NCBI RefSeq assembly: GCF_018350175.1
Contig: NC_058383.1
Coordinates: 14,882,001-14,946,000 of the forward strand
Direction: 5' to 3'
Source: Felis catus
Lineage: Eukaryota
DNA: 64,000 nucleotides
Shown in pieces: positions 12,746 to 25,351 of this stretch (within the stretch, counting starts at the first letter, position 1; every line of letters begins with the position of its first letter). The translations under genes and the position numbers were made by a program. Under the pieces are notes generated by a model. It was not told where the DNA came from. It did no database searches and saw nothing but the letters and a program-made list of their open reading frames with translations.

Positions 12746-13721
12746 CACAGCAGCTCACAGGGAAGGAGGGCTCCCTGACGAGGCAAGAAGAAGGGTGAGT
12801 GGAGGAGAGCTATGCTCCTGACCCCGGACTAGATCTGCTTTGGGGGCAGGATGTGGGGCCGTTTGCCCCAGGAGGAGACAGCCCAGCTCCCACGGCCCAG
12901 CAGACAGAACAGCTTCATGGGGACCAGCCTGGTGCCTCTGCACCAAAGGAGCCACGTCTCACACAACAACCAGCACCTTCTCCGAGAAAATGAGGCAAGC
13001 AGCCCGGGACAGAAACTTAGGCGCTGGACCATTTGGCATCTACGGCAATATCACAAGCAGCACATCGAGTGGGATTTATCTGTGAACAAGACGGTAACAA
13101 TCAATACAATTAATTTTTCACTGAGTCACACTGTTCCTGGGCTACAAACGTTAATATCCTGAGATCGGAGAATCATTAACATCCAAGAAAACAAAATCAT
13201 TTTGTGGATTTAGCACCCACGTGGAGGCCAAACGAACAGGATCCAAGTTCCAGAAATAAACCAGAAGCAAGCTGAGTGGAGAGCGGGAGACATCCTCTCC
13301 GGAGTGGCTCACACCCGATTCTCTTGAGAAGCTAAATTTCTCTTCAGATCACTCAACTCCATTCAAGCCAACAAATACTGTCTCGGGCACCTCCTGTGCG
13401 TCGGCACCACTCTAGGCGCTGGGGGCCTCGGCCCAGGAGACGGAAACCGAAGAGCGAGAAGGACAGCCGACGGGGAGAGGGGGACCCACTCTGAGCCCAC
13501 AGTGGGAAGGGAATGTGGAGGACAGCTTAGTGGTTGGAAGTCAGATTCTTTCTCTGGCCCTCCCAGAGGATCATTCTAGACACCAGATCTTTCCCCCGAC
13601 CTCTGTGATCTCTCCTGCGCTGGAAACAGGAAACAAGTTTACAACAGAAGGACCAAGAATCAAGCCCAAGGAAACACGAGGGGCTATTACTGTTTTTGTT
13701 TTGTAATGAGGAAAAGATTCG

Positions 13722-13923
13722 TTTTTTTAAGTTCATTTCTTTTGAGAGAGACAGAGAGAGCGTGCCAGCAGGGGAGGGGCAGAGAGAGAAGGGTACAAAG
13801 GATCCGAAGCAGGCTCTGCACTGACAGCAGAGAGCCTGACGTGGGGCTCCAACTCCCGAACTGTGAGATGGTGACCTGAGCCGAAGTCGGACGCTTAACC
13901 GACTGAGCCACCCAGGCGGCCCC
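13722..13923 (-). mobile_element. Can-SINE
   Basis: Reverse head; TSD aggaaaagattc. Confidence 0.93.
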
Positions 13924-14373
13924 AAGGAAAAGATTCATTTTAAAGGAGGTACAGCTTTCTTTCGATTCTGTCACTTCGTGCCAAGGGAGAAGGCTCTGTG
14001 CAGCCCAGCACACGGGGTTTGAGAACACCCAGGAAGAGGGTCTGGGGTTGAGCAGGAGGGGGGCTCAGGCCTTCTGTGTGACCCACTACTGAGTAAGGGG
14101 GGCCCTTGGGAAGCCCGCACATCCATCCATCCTTAAAGGACAATGAATGGAGGAGCGACAGACAAAGCACGTCATGGGCACCTTCAGAGCAAAGGGCCTG
14201 TGAAAGCATCACATTTGGTTATTAAAACCTTTGCCTCATCTCCACGTCCTGCCAGGGGAAGCCAGCGTAGCACGCGGCCTTTTCATTCCGCCCCACGGTA
14301 AGAAACGCATTGCACGTCATGACAGACGCATAACGTAGCTATAATACACAGAAGGTGTGCGTATGTGTGTGCA

Positions 14374-14451
14374 TTAGGTCGAACCATACAAAATTGCTTT
14401 TGCACAGCTAAAAAATGGTCAAATATCAGCAGTTTCTTCTGGTTCCAACTA
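14374..14451. mobile_element. MADE2-like mariner-derived miniature inverted-repeat element
   Basis: ttaggtcgaaccatacaaaattgc ... gcagtttcttctggttccaacta: an ~80-bp imperfect palindrome resembling MADE2 terminal inverted repeats. Confidence 0.65.
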
Positions 14452-14532
14452 CTATGTGATAGATAGCTAACGTCGATTATGCGCTCGGTCTGTACCAGGT
14501 ACTGCTCTGAGCATTCTTGGTGTATTAGCTCA

Positions 14533-14731
14533 TTTTTTTTTTTTTTTAGAGACAGAGAGAGGGCACAGGTGAGTGAGGGGCAGCGAGGGGGAGAGACAGA
14601 GGGAGAGAAGTGGGGCTCACCCGAAGGGGGGCTCGAGCTCACGGGAGGTGGAGCTCCAACTCACGAACCGCAAAATCATGACCTGAGCCGAAGTCAGGTG
14701 CTGAACCGACTGGGAGCGGGCCAGGCACCCC
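14533..14731 (-). mobile_element. Can-SINE variant inserted in a MIR fragment (about 14470-14845)
   Basis: TSD ggtgtattagctcattt; MIR-like flanks (ccaggtactgctctgagc, gatctgaaccctggtctt). Confidence 0.85.
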
Positions 14732-15398
14732 GGTGTATTAGCTCATTTATGCCTCACAACTCATGAGGCAGGTTCTGTCATTAGCCCTCGCCCAAGGCCA
14801 TGTGGTTGTGTCAGGACAGTGATCTGAACCCTGGTCTTCTGGCCCCCGCCCCCCCCCCTCCAGGGTTTGTCCTCCTAAGCTTCATTTTCGACCTCTTCCA
14901 ACACATACGTCCTGAAACAGTACACACCCTTTCTGCCGGTGACACTGATGTTTTCTATTCTATTTCTTTCTTCTTTTCAAAGCACGCCCCGGTTCACTCT
15001 GCCCGAGTAGTTCAGGACCCACACTTGGAGGAGGGCTGGCCTGTCCCCTGTGTTGGCTTCCCCGGAGTAGCCTCTATCTCACGATCACTCTAAGGCCCCC
15101 GCCCTTCTCGTCACATCAGGCTCTCCCCCAGCAGCCTCCTGAGCTTGCCCCAAGATCTCCCCGTCGCCCCTGAACCAGTGTCTTCCCCCATCACTGCCCC
15201 GGTAGTGGGATCATCCCGTTTCCCATGTCTCCACTGAGCAATTAGCTCTTGCTCACTGCCAAGGAAGCGGCACAGGGCACCCACCTCCGTACCAACGTCG
15301 ACTTAACAACCACCTTCCTGGAGTCCCCGAGGGATGTGACATTCTGGAAGATCAGAGAAAAGTCTTTGTTTTTGTAGCCCCCACAGGCCTACCAATCC

Positions 15399-15595
15399 TT
15401 TTTTTAAGTTTATTTATTTATTTTGAGAGAGGGAGGGAGAGAGAGAGCGCATGAGCAGGGAGAGGGGCAAGAGAGAGAATCTCAAATGGGCTCTGCATTC
15501 TGACAGTGGGGCTGGATCCCACAAACCGAGAGATCATGACCCAGGCCTAAATCGAGAGTCAGATGCTCAACTGACGGAGCCCCCCAGGTGCCCCC
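15399..15595 (-). mobile_element. Can-SINE (older)
   Basis: tttatttattttgagaga, gagatcatgac, cccaggtgcccc. Confidence 0.88.
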
Positions 15596-17369
15596 CCCCA
15601 GGCCCCCCAGTCTTAACACATAACACCGGCTGAATGACAGATTTTGTCCTTCAGGTCTGAAACCTCAGCTGCACCTCCAGCCCTGGCCTCTGCCCCGCCC
15701 GGAACAGACTCGGTCACAGATCAGGAAGGGAGGCGGAAGCAGGCAGGCCCTCCTGGCCATAGGCATCTACCAGTTTTAGAGGCTAACCTGGCAGCACGAG
15801 AGGACAGCGACGGTCACACCTGTTTCCCTTGACTTCTCGGCACCAATTCACCCATCCTGCGGTCTCTTCGACCGAGGCGGGGCCGGGGCCTGAAAGAGGG
15901 TCCAAGAGACTCGAACGCTGCCTGGGCAGTTCAGCCCACAAAACAAGATTTCTCGTAACGTCACCTTCCACGTAATTCATGGCACTGAGACTCAGGGCAA
16001 AATGACAAACGGTGGGAGTCGGAGACGTTGGCTCCATTCCAGAAAACGATTCCCCTCCTGTTGTGTAATTTATCAATTTGGACTCATCAAACCAGGCCTT
16101 CCTTTTCTCACGTGCAAGGACACACATAAGCACGGCCCAGGTCTCGTTCCTACTGGCCTCACAGATAGAGTCAGCCCCGGAGTTGCTGCCTAAAGAATGC
16201 TAGCCAGACGAAATTTAAAACAGCGTGAGCCCGAGCCCCCCTGGTAAAGCGTGAGAAGGAAAAGGCGCAGGAGGTTTGGGCTGACGCAGGGCCGCTCGGC
16301 CCCTCGGAAGCCCACGGGATGGCTCCCTCCCCCAGCTCACCAAATTCCCACATGCCAGCCTTCCCATCAGCTCCGGCCACACCACTATGCCACTCCATTC
16401 TGCCTTCCGGATCACCGATAAAGGGCCTGGATACGAAAGAAATTGTCCTCCACCGCAGGCTGCATAAATATCCCATTATCAATAGGAAGCAATTTATTTG
16501 CTTAAAATTGCCAACTCTCTCATTTTGTTTTAACACGCTGGTTCTCTATCAAAATGAGTCTGCACCTTTGAAAAGACTATTTTCAAAGCCTCGCACTGGC
16601 TCGAGCATGAGAAATAAAACTGAAATCAGCTGAGGCAGACTGGCCTCAACCCAGCCCTCCAGTATTAAAAGGGCAGCTCAGATAAGGGGGGGAAATTGCT
16701 TTAGGAATTCTACCCAGACACTTAATCCTAAGTGAGTCACAGGAGAGTGAGCCAACTCTTCCAGAAGACACCAGTACGTGCAGTTAGGCACACGCGTGCA
16801 CACACACTCACACACATCATTCCTGATTTCTCCTCAAGCGCAGGTGACCCAGCTGGGAGGAAGCTACCGGGCCACACACGTCCACGCAGACTTCCAAATC
16901 ATGGAAGCAAACGGCATGAGGAGGCGACAATGAAACCATGGAGAAAAGGATGCGTCGCCTAATATCCAGGGCTGAAATAATCAGTTGAGAACTTGGAAAA
17001 TATTAAGTTACAACTGTCCATCACACATCTACCCAAATCTGCTTTTGAAAACTTAACAAATAAAGGGAATTAAAGCAATGAATTGGACAGCAAAAAAAAG
17101 AAGAACATCTTTCTAAGGAACTGGAAGCCGGTTCCTACATTTAAAAAACTGATGAAGGCAAAAAAAAACCTGGGAAAAGGAAACCAAAATAAATTGACAT
17201 ATGGCAGACAAAGGGATAGTCGGATATGCAAAAGATTTTACTAGGATGCCCCAACAGAAAAATGGAAAAAGGCACAGATTTCCCCCCAAATGGAAAAATA
17301 CAGACAGCCAAAAACCGTATCAAAGAGAAGTACATCCATTAGTGTTTTTCACTTGTGCTATTTTTTTTT

Positions 17370-17598
17370 ACTATTAATTTTCTTTTTTTTTTCAACGTTT
17401 ATTTTTTATTTTTGGGACAGAGAGAGACAGAGCATGAACGGGCAAGGGGCAGAGAGAGAGGGAGACACAGAATCGGAAACAGGCTCCAGGCTCTGAGCCA
17501 TCAGCCCAGAGCCCGACGCGGGGCTCGAACTCACGGGCCTCGAGATCGTGACCGGGCTGAAGTCGGACGCTTAACCGACTGCGCCACCCAGGCGCCCC
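17370..17598 (-). mobile_element. Can-SINE (young SINEC_Fc)
   Basis: Near-consensus and CpG-rich; caacgtttattttttatttttgggacagag tail. Confidence 0.95.
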
Positions 17599-17694
17599 TA
17601 ATTTTCTAGCGCAAATAGGGTCTGTCAAATTCATCGTCAGTCAATAAATATTTGCTGGTGTGTACTGGGTGTGACACACTTTTGGGAGCTAGGA

Positions 17695-18508
17695 TATGAC
17701 TCCCACCTCACTCAAAGTAAAACCCACACCGCTGACAGTGGCCTACAGGGCCCGGCACAATCTGCCTTTCCACCCTCATCTCCCCGATATTACCGCCTAC
17801 TTCTCTCCCCACTTGCTCACTCCACCCCACCCCGGTCCCCTGGCTTCCTTGCCGTTCCTCTAGCATACCCAGCTCCTGTGCACCTAGGAATTAGCAATGA
17901 CTGTTCCCCCTACCCTTCCCGCCTCTGGCAACCACCAATCTATTCCCTGTCTCTGTGAGTTCCGGTCTTGTGTGTTTGTTTTTGAATTTCAATCCGCATC
18001 GTGAGCACAGCAGAGAGTCCCGACGCCGTGTGCTCGTGGGCCCAGAGGAAAGACAGACAGTAAACAGTAGGCCCTTGGTAAAGTTAAGTAACGTGGGGCA
18101 TAGAGGCGTGGCAGGAGCTACAGAAAAGACAAGACCGAGGAGGGGAGTAGATAGCACTGCAGAATCGTGGGGGGACGGGGGTTGGGTAGCAGTGTAAGTC
18201 CAGAGGTTAGGGCAATGGAGCTGCGATGAGAAGACATTTGAGCAGCTGAAAGGAGTGGTCCACGGGTTATCTATGGAAGAGTGTTCCAGACCTAGGGAAC
18301 AGTCACTGCGACTCCCTAGGGGTACATGAGCCCGGTACACTAGAAGAGCGGCAAGGAAGCCAGGGGACCGGGGTGGGGTGGAGTGAGTGAGCGGGGAGAG
18401 AAGTAGGTGGTAATATCGGGGAGACAGAGGTGGGAAGGCAGATCACGTAGGGCCCTGTAGGCCACTGTCAGCACTATGGGTTTTACTTTGAGTGAGGTGG
18501 GAGCCATA
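17695..18508. repeat. Long inverted repeat: 17695-17908 is the reverse complement of 18295-18508
   Basis: Manual ungapped alignment over 214 nt with about 31 mismatches (about 85% identity). Confidence 0.92.
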
Positions 18509-18559
18509 GAAGGTTGCTGAGCATCAGAGTGACTTGCTCTTATTTGCGTGTTAAAACGA

Positions 18560-19515
18560 TGAAGATATACAGGATGGCCGATGTGTACATACAGAGGTGC
18601 TTAACGTCACCAGTCATGAGGGAAATGCAAACCACAGTCACAATGAGATATCGCAGTGCACCTGTCAGAATGGCTATTATCACCAAGACAAGAAATGACC
18701 TGTATTGGCCAGGCTGCGGGGGAAAAGGGAGCCCCGGCATACCGCAGGTAGGCAGGAGTATAAATTGGTGCAGCCACTGTGGAAAATAGCACGAAGGTTC
18801 CTCAAAAAATTAAAAATAGAACTACCATATGATCCAGCAATTCCACTTCTGGGTATTTATCCAAAGAAATGAAAACACGGACTCGGAAAGATATATGCCC
18901 CTAATGTCTGCTGCAGCATTACGTACAACAGCCAAGATAAAGAAGCAACCTAAGCGTCCATGTACGAATGAATGAATGAATGAATGAATGAATGAATGAA
19001 TGCAGATGCGCTCTAGGTACACAATGGAATACCACTCAGCCGTAAAAAAGAATGAAATCTTGCCCCTCACAACCATGCGGATGGACCTGGAGGATACCAT
19101 TATGTAAAGACAAATACCGCGTAATCTCCCTTTGTTTTGGAATTCAAAAACAAACACACGAAACCCTGAGACAGAGAACAGACCGGCGGTTGCCAGAGGC
19201 GGGAAGGGTAGGGGGCTGGATGAAATAAGTGAAGGGGGTCGAAAGGCACAAACTTCCAGTTATAAAATAAATGTCATGGGGATGTGACATACAGCGTGAC
19301 CGTGGTTGATAATACCGTACGGCACCTGTGAAAGTGGCTACAGAGCAGATCTTAAAAGTGTTCAACGCAAACAAACAAATTTTGTAACCAAGTGTGGTGA
19401 CGGATACTAACTAGACTTACTGTGATCATTTCCCACTATATACAAATCTGGAACCATTGTGTTGTGCACCTGAAATTAATATCATGTCGTATGCCAATTA
19501 CACCTCCGTTTAACA
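18560..19515 (+). mobile_element. 5'-truncated L1 3' end (L1MA/carnivore-type) with internal (GAAT)n
   Basis: agggaaatgcaaaccac, gaactaccatatgatccagcaattccacttctgggtat, gcacctgaaattaatat. Confidence 0.9.
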
Positions 19516-20057
19516 AAAGGGCGCTCTGGCTGCTGTGTTAACACACTTTGGGGAGAGCTCAGGAGCAGAGAGGCTGCTGCAATGGTCCAGGCGAGAGAGC
19601 ATGACTCACGCAGGAGGGAGGGGCGATCAGGTTCTGGATGCGTTTCAAGGTAAAGCCGTAAAGCCGGCAGAATACCCTGAAAGGTGAGGTGTGGGATGTG
19701 AGAGGAGGAAGGGAGGCAGGAGGCCCCCGTGGTTTCTGGCTACAGCCCCTGGAAGGTCAGCAAGGCTTGTCAGAGGATGTGCCCAGAACTGTCGAAGACA
19801 CGGGGTAAAAGCAACTCTCACATATGCTGGCAGAGGGGCACACGGGTGCACTGTCTGCGGGCCAATCAGAGCGGTAATTACAAAAGCCTTAAAAAAAATT
19901 CTGGACCTTGTTTGAATCCTGATGAGGGCAAATCTGAAACGGACACTTTTGAGAGAACCGTAAGAAAGAAATAAGCTAATTTAAGTTAATTAGAGAGATT
20001 TATGGATCCGATTATGGATGATGATACAGAGTCTGGGCTTTGCTTTAAAATACTCCA

Positions 20058-20262
20058 GGGGGGCGGGGGGGGGGGGCTTGCGTGGCTCAGTTGGCTGAGC
20101 ATCCGACTCTTGATTTCAGCTCAGGTCATGATCCCAAGGTTGCGGGATGGAGCCCTGCATCAGGCTCTGCACAGAGTGTAGAGCCCGCTTCAGATTCCCT
20201 CTCTCTCTCTCTCCCTCTGCCTCTCTCCACTGCTCGCGCACGCGCTCTCTTAAAATAAAAAA
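20058..20262 (+). mobile_element. Can-SINE (older) with poly-G head, within ancient L1 fragments (about 19860-22430)
   Basis: gtggctcagttggctgagcatccgactcttgatttcagctcagg. Confidence 0.88.
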
Positions 20263-21508
20263 GTAGCTAATTAAAAATAACACTTCAGGAGAAAATGCCT
20301 GGGGGCAGAAGCGAGAGATGAAATACGATAAATAAAATGTCGAAACTCATTGAAGCTCCATGATGGCTACTCAAGAGCTTACACTATTCTCTCTGCTTTT
20401 TGGTATGTTTGACAATATCTATAATAAAGACATTTCAAGGTGTCTTTAGACACGGCAATTCCCTTTGCAGGCATTTATCGTAAAAGAGGTGCGTACAAAG
20501 ACTCATCCGCAAAGACATGTACCACAGCCGTATTTTTAATAATAAAAAATGGGAAGCTACAAACAGTAAGTAATGAGCTAAATATATGATAAGAGGCCAC
20601 TCTTTTAAAAAAAAGTAGGAAGATCAGAAATCTATCTCGATTAATACAGAAACTGAGTATATGAGAAGAGTGCATTTCAAATAACGTGAAAGGGTGGCTT
20701 CAACAAATGATGTCAGGACAACTAAGTAGATGGCTGAATAAAAAACATAAGAATAAAACCACAGTCCACACTTTCCACCAAAATAAATTGTGGAAGAATC
20801 AAAGGTTCCCGCCAAAAATAAATTCCAGAAGAATCGAAGGTTCGATACACAAAATGAAGTCCTAATTATCTTAGAAAAAAGCCACGAGGAAATTTTTGTA
20901 AAATCCCAGAGTGGAGAAAAGGCTTGTACAGGCTGTACTAAGCAGGGAACAAATACCAAAAGCTGTAAAATAAAAGATCGATAATTCTACACAATTTTTA
21001 AAAGCTTTTTAAAAAAGCCTTTTCATGGCAAAAAAAAAAAAAAAAAAAAAAAAACACCCAAAAACCAAAAACCAAAAAACAACCCTACGGTACCTTACGA
21101 CAAAGATCAGAAACAAAATGGAAACATCTGCAGTGTATATTTCAAAGGAGGCGCTCATTTCCCTTATATTGAAAAAGCTCTCGTGGACATCAATGAGAAA
21201 AAGGCCACCAAACCCAAAGCAGAGCGTTCGGAGAATATGAGCAGCTAGTTTCCAAGAAAGGAATTACGAAGCACGCATAAAACAATGTTCTCCCCAACTC
21301 AGGATAAGAGAAATGCAAAGGAAAGGGACATTTGTATAACATATTTCAGCCGGGAGGCAGGTAAGCGCGAGAAGTTTGAGAACACGCTGTGTAGGTAAAG
21401 CCGCAGGAAACGGACCCTCTACACATGGGGTGGTAGGGCTGAAAACTGATAGAATCTCTTTGAAGTGCAGTAAGGTGAGCTCTGTTCTATGAAAACCAGG
21501 GCACACGT

Positions 21509-21679
21509 GGGGCGCCTGGGTGGCTCAGTCTGTTAAGCGTCCAACTTCGGTTCAGGTCATGATCTCACGGTTTGTGGGATTGAGCCCCGCGTCAGCACAG
21601 AGCCGGCTTGGGATTCTCCCTCTCCCTCTCTCTCTCTGCTCCTCTCCACGCCCCCCTCCCAACATAAATAAATAAACTT

Positions 21680-21716
<37 letters not shown>
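21509..21716 (+). mobile_element. Can-SINE with internal deletion, followed by (CA)n
   Basis: Head, CT tract and tail present; (CA)n at about 21683-21716. Confidence 0.9.
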
Positions 21717-21717
<1 letters not shown>

Positions 21718-22014
21718 CCCCAAGTTAAAGCTGGGTGATGGGCCCCCACGGGTGTACTTTACCCTTGAATTTTCCATAACAAAACATTGCAAATTACAGA
21801 GATCTGAATCAATTCAAACACCCATGCACAGAAAATTGGTTAAATCAAGTATACTACACCCAAACAATAAAAGACTAGGCAGCTGTAGAGAGTAAGAATT
21901 TTCTTTACATCCTGATGTGGAATGACCTGCAAGAACTATTGTGAAATGAAAAATGCAAAAAGGTGTCGGTCAAATACTACTATTGGTGTAAAAAGAATTA
22001 AAAAAAAAAAACCA

Positions 22015-22230
22015 GGGGCACCTGGGTGGCTCAGACGGTTAAGCGTCTGACTTCAGCTCAGGTCATGATCTCACAGTTCGTGGTAGGAGCCCAGCATCGG
22101 GCTCTGTGATGATGGCTCAGAGCCTGCTTCAGATTCTACGTCTCCCTCTCTCTCTGACTCTCCCCTACTCCCACTCTGTCTCCCTCTGTCTCTCAAAAAA
22201 TAAATAAACGTTAAAAAAAAATTTTAAAAA
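22015..22230 (+). mobile_element. Can-SINE
   Basis: ggggcacctgggtggctcag head and aataaacgttaaaaaa tail. Confidence 0.93.
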
Positions 22231-23854
22231 CCCCACGACCCAAACTTGCTTGGGAAAGTACAGGCTGTCCTGGTTACAGGAATCCAGTAACCGAGGCTCT
22301 CCTGCAGAAGGGAACTGGATGAGGGGAGGAAGGATAGGAATAGGGGGACACTTTCACGACAGTCACTTTTCTGCCTTTTGAAAGGTGTGCCATCAATGTG
22401 CTAGCTATTCAAATTAATAAATAAGATTTAGGACTGTAAGAATCTACACTAAGTCATTAATAGTGGCTGTCACTGGGGGTCAGGGTTATGGGTCATTATC
22501 ACTGTTTTCCAAATATTCTACAAGGAACATGTACCTTGAGGGGAGAGAGAAGGTTATGTCTGAAAGGGCAGAAACGAGGAAGTGACTTAATCAAAGAGCT
22601 TCTCTCAACCACCGAAGAGAAAGTGATCCGTGGCTCCTGGTGGCTACAGCCCTCTCCTTGCCAGCAACTCCACGTTGCAATGTTCTGAGCTCCCACGGGG
22701 CGTCAGGGACCAGGCTGGGTGGGGACCCGATGCAAGGTGAGATCTGGCCCTGCCCTGCCAGCACTCACGATGGGGCAGGTGGGGAGGGAGGCAGAAACGC
22801 GGACAGGCATGACAGCACCCTGTGATGAACACTCCAACACCCACAACTTAAGAAAGCTGGGGGTGGGGTGGGGCGGTGGGGGCGGTGGGCAGGGGTCATG
22901 GGAGGAACGGAACTTCGCAGTAGGCAAATGCATGAGACCTTTACAGACGGATGGCAACTGGCTTCCAGATTATATGGTGATGATTCAGTTTAGTGTCAAC
23001 GATAGAATAGCTGACCCCGTTTGTTAATTGGCATCCCTTGGTGACTCAACCTTGGAACAGTTCCTCACCATTTACATTGGTCCTCCAGTGCCGGGCCGAG
23101 CTAAATTTGCTAACCGTTCCTCTTCACGCCTTTACACTTCTGCCGCGTCTCAGCTCAACAGTCTTGCTCCGTGCCCAGCCTCCTGCTGCTGTTCCAAGTG
23201 ACCTCGAGATCCTGAACCACTGCTTCCCTCCTATCTTTTACCCCCACTCCGCTCAAGAAACCTCACCCATGGCCCCATCCCGATCCTCGCCCCTACCCAA
23301 CCTGCCTGCCACTCTGAACCTTAAGCTCTACCATTTCACTCTCTTACCACAAGCTCCTATTTTTCCAAGGGTCACTCCCATCCAGCTTCTCCTCGGTCTT
23401 CTGAGACCTTCAGCCCTCAGCACTCTTCCAGACCGCCAGCCCTCCCGGTTCTTCTTTGCCCGTTCAACGCAATTAGGAGTTGCATCCCACCACGGAGCCT
23501 CTCCACGTCTGTGGCCAGAGACAATCTTTTCCCCAGGCCTCTAGGCAAGACCTTCTTGATTCTTCCCAAACTCCAAGTCCCGCTTTCCAAATCCTTCCCC
23601 CAAACCTCACTGAACACTGTTGTCCTCCAAATGCTCTTCAGAAAAGAGGTCAGCCCAGAACAGTTTTAATTCCTCACCCCTCCTCCCACGTAGGCTTACC
23701 TCCCATACCCTTGGTCTCTTGGTTTGCGGTAGCCATTGCCAGTGCGGAGGGGGGGGGGCTCAAATCAGACTCCCTTAGGGCCGGGTGGCCCCAAGGCCTG
23801 AGGCCACTGCCAGGGTCTCTCGCTCACACATAGTTCCTAACTATGCACCACACT

Positions 23855-24235
23855 TGTGTGTGTGATCTTGCCTCTCCAGGGGTGGTCAAAAGGGCTAAAT
23901 GACACACTCCAGAAGTTCGTGAGTATTAGCTTCCTGCAAATTCACTTTTGGCCAGAGAAGAAAGCAAAGAGCTAGGAAATAAATCCCCTCTCCATTCCTC
24001 TCTCCAGTGGACGGTCCCCAAACAGTGTTTGTATACAGCCTATCCGGACACATCCCGCACAGCTAAGACCTCACAAAACAGTGGCTAACGTGGCAACAGA
24101 TCACTTGCTGTTTGCTTCTCATCCTTCCCCCTCTCGCTTCTCTATCCCCTCATTCTGTTGCCCTGGGTTTGCACCTCCCCAAAGACTTTAGCACTTAAGC
24201 CTTGCCTCAGGCTCTGCTTTCCAGAGCTAACACGC
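23855..24235 (+). mobile_element. Ancient ERVL LTR fragment (LTR16/LTR33-like)
   Basis: 3' motif cacctcccc ... gcacttaagccttgcctcaggctctgctttc. Confidence 0.55.
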
Positions 24236-24931
24236 CATGCAAGCTATAAATTCCATTACTTCCTTCCTGTCCAGAGAGTTAGAGCCTTATTCTCTCACTT
24301 CTATGGCATGTTTTTTTATATATATAAATGCAGAAAAGCCAAGAGAATGTTGTAAGTGAAGCCCTGTAAACCCACAATGACGTCAAATCTTAACGTTTTG
24401 CGATTTTGATGAATTTTTTTAGAAAAACAAAAAGAAGTCGGACATCACAAATACAAGCAATGCTCCCTGATCCCATATCTGTCACTCCACAGATAAAATC
24501 ACCATCTCGAAGTTAGTACCGATCATTTCCGTTCAGGTTTTAAAAATTCTTCCTATCGTAAAATATTTCAAACGTAAGACTCCATCAGAGAAAAGAACAT
24601 TACAGTAAACGTGTGTTTACCTAACCCAGCCCCTTATCAAGCCTACACATTACACCGTATTTACTTCAGATGTCTATTTTTTTAATGGCTTCATGGAAAT
24701 ATAATTTACATATACCAGTTTGAAGCCCCTTATAGATCATTTCTCTGTTTCCTCTCCCTCCATCCAGTTGTAACCAGTATCATGTAGGTGGGTATTGGGC
24801 ATGCATATATAATGGATACGAACACACATATACAAACATAAACATCTATACATTGATGTATACAACTTGAGATTGTTTAAACTACTATGTAATAGTCTAT
24901 CTCCAGCCAATTGGTACATAGGCTGCTGGAA

Positions 24932-25125
24932 TTTTTTTTTTTCTTTTTTTTTTTTTGAGAGAGAGAGAGAGAGTGAAAGAGGGAGCACAGGGGAGGGGCA
25001 CAGAGAGAGGGAGGGAGAGAGAATCCCAAGCGGTCTCTGCACTATCAATGCAGAGCCTGATGCGGAGCTCGAACTCACAAACTACGAGATCATGACCTGA
25101 GCCGACTCAGCCACCCAGGTGCCCC
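24932..25125 (-). mobile_element. Can-SINE (older, partly deleted head)
   Basis: Poly-T, (GA)n, gagatcatgacctgagcc, cccaggtgcccc. Confidence 0.9.
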
Positions 25126-25131
25126 TAGAAA

Positions 25132-25351
25132 TTTTTTTGATCATTTTTAAATGTTTATTATTTATTCTTGAGAGAGACGGAGAGAGGAGCCAGAGTGTAA
25201 GCAGAGGGGGGGGGGGGACACAAATCCAAAAAAAGCTCCAGGCTCTGAGTTGTCAGCACAGAGCCCAACATGGGGCTAGAACCTATGAACCGTGAGATCA
25301 CGGCCTGAGCTGAAGTCAGACGCTTAACCGACTGAGCCACCCAGGCGCCCC
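25132..25351 (-). mobile_element. Can-SINE, tandem to the previous copy
   Basis: Reverse head ctgagccacccaggcgcccc. Confidence 0.92.

Larger units (their letters stand above)
17635..19790 (-). mobile_element. L2 element split by the templated insertion (17695-17992) and an L1 (about 18560-19515)
   Basis: L2 3' terminus tcaataaatatttg, body gcagatcacgtagggccctgtaggcca, resumes at ctctggctgctgtg (about 19525). Confidence 0.75.
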
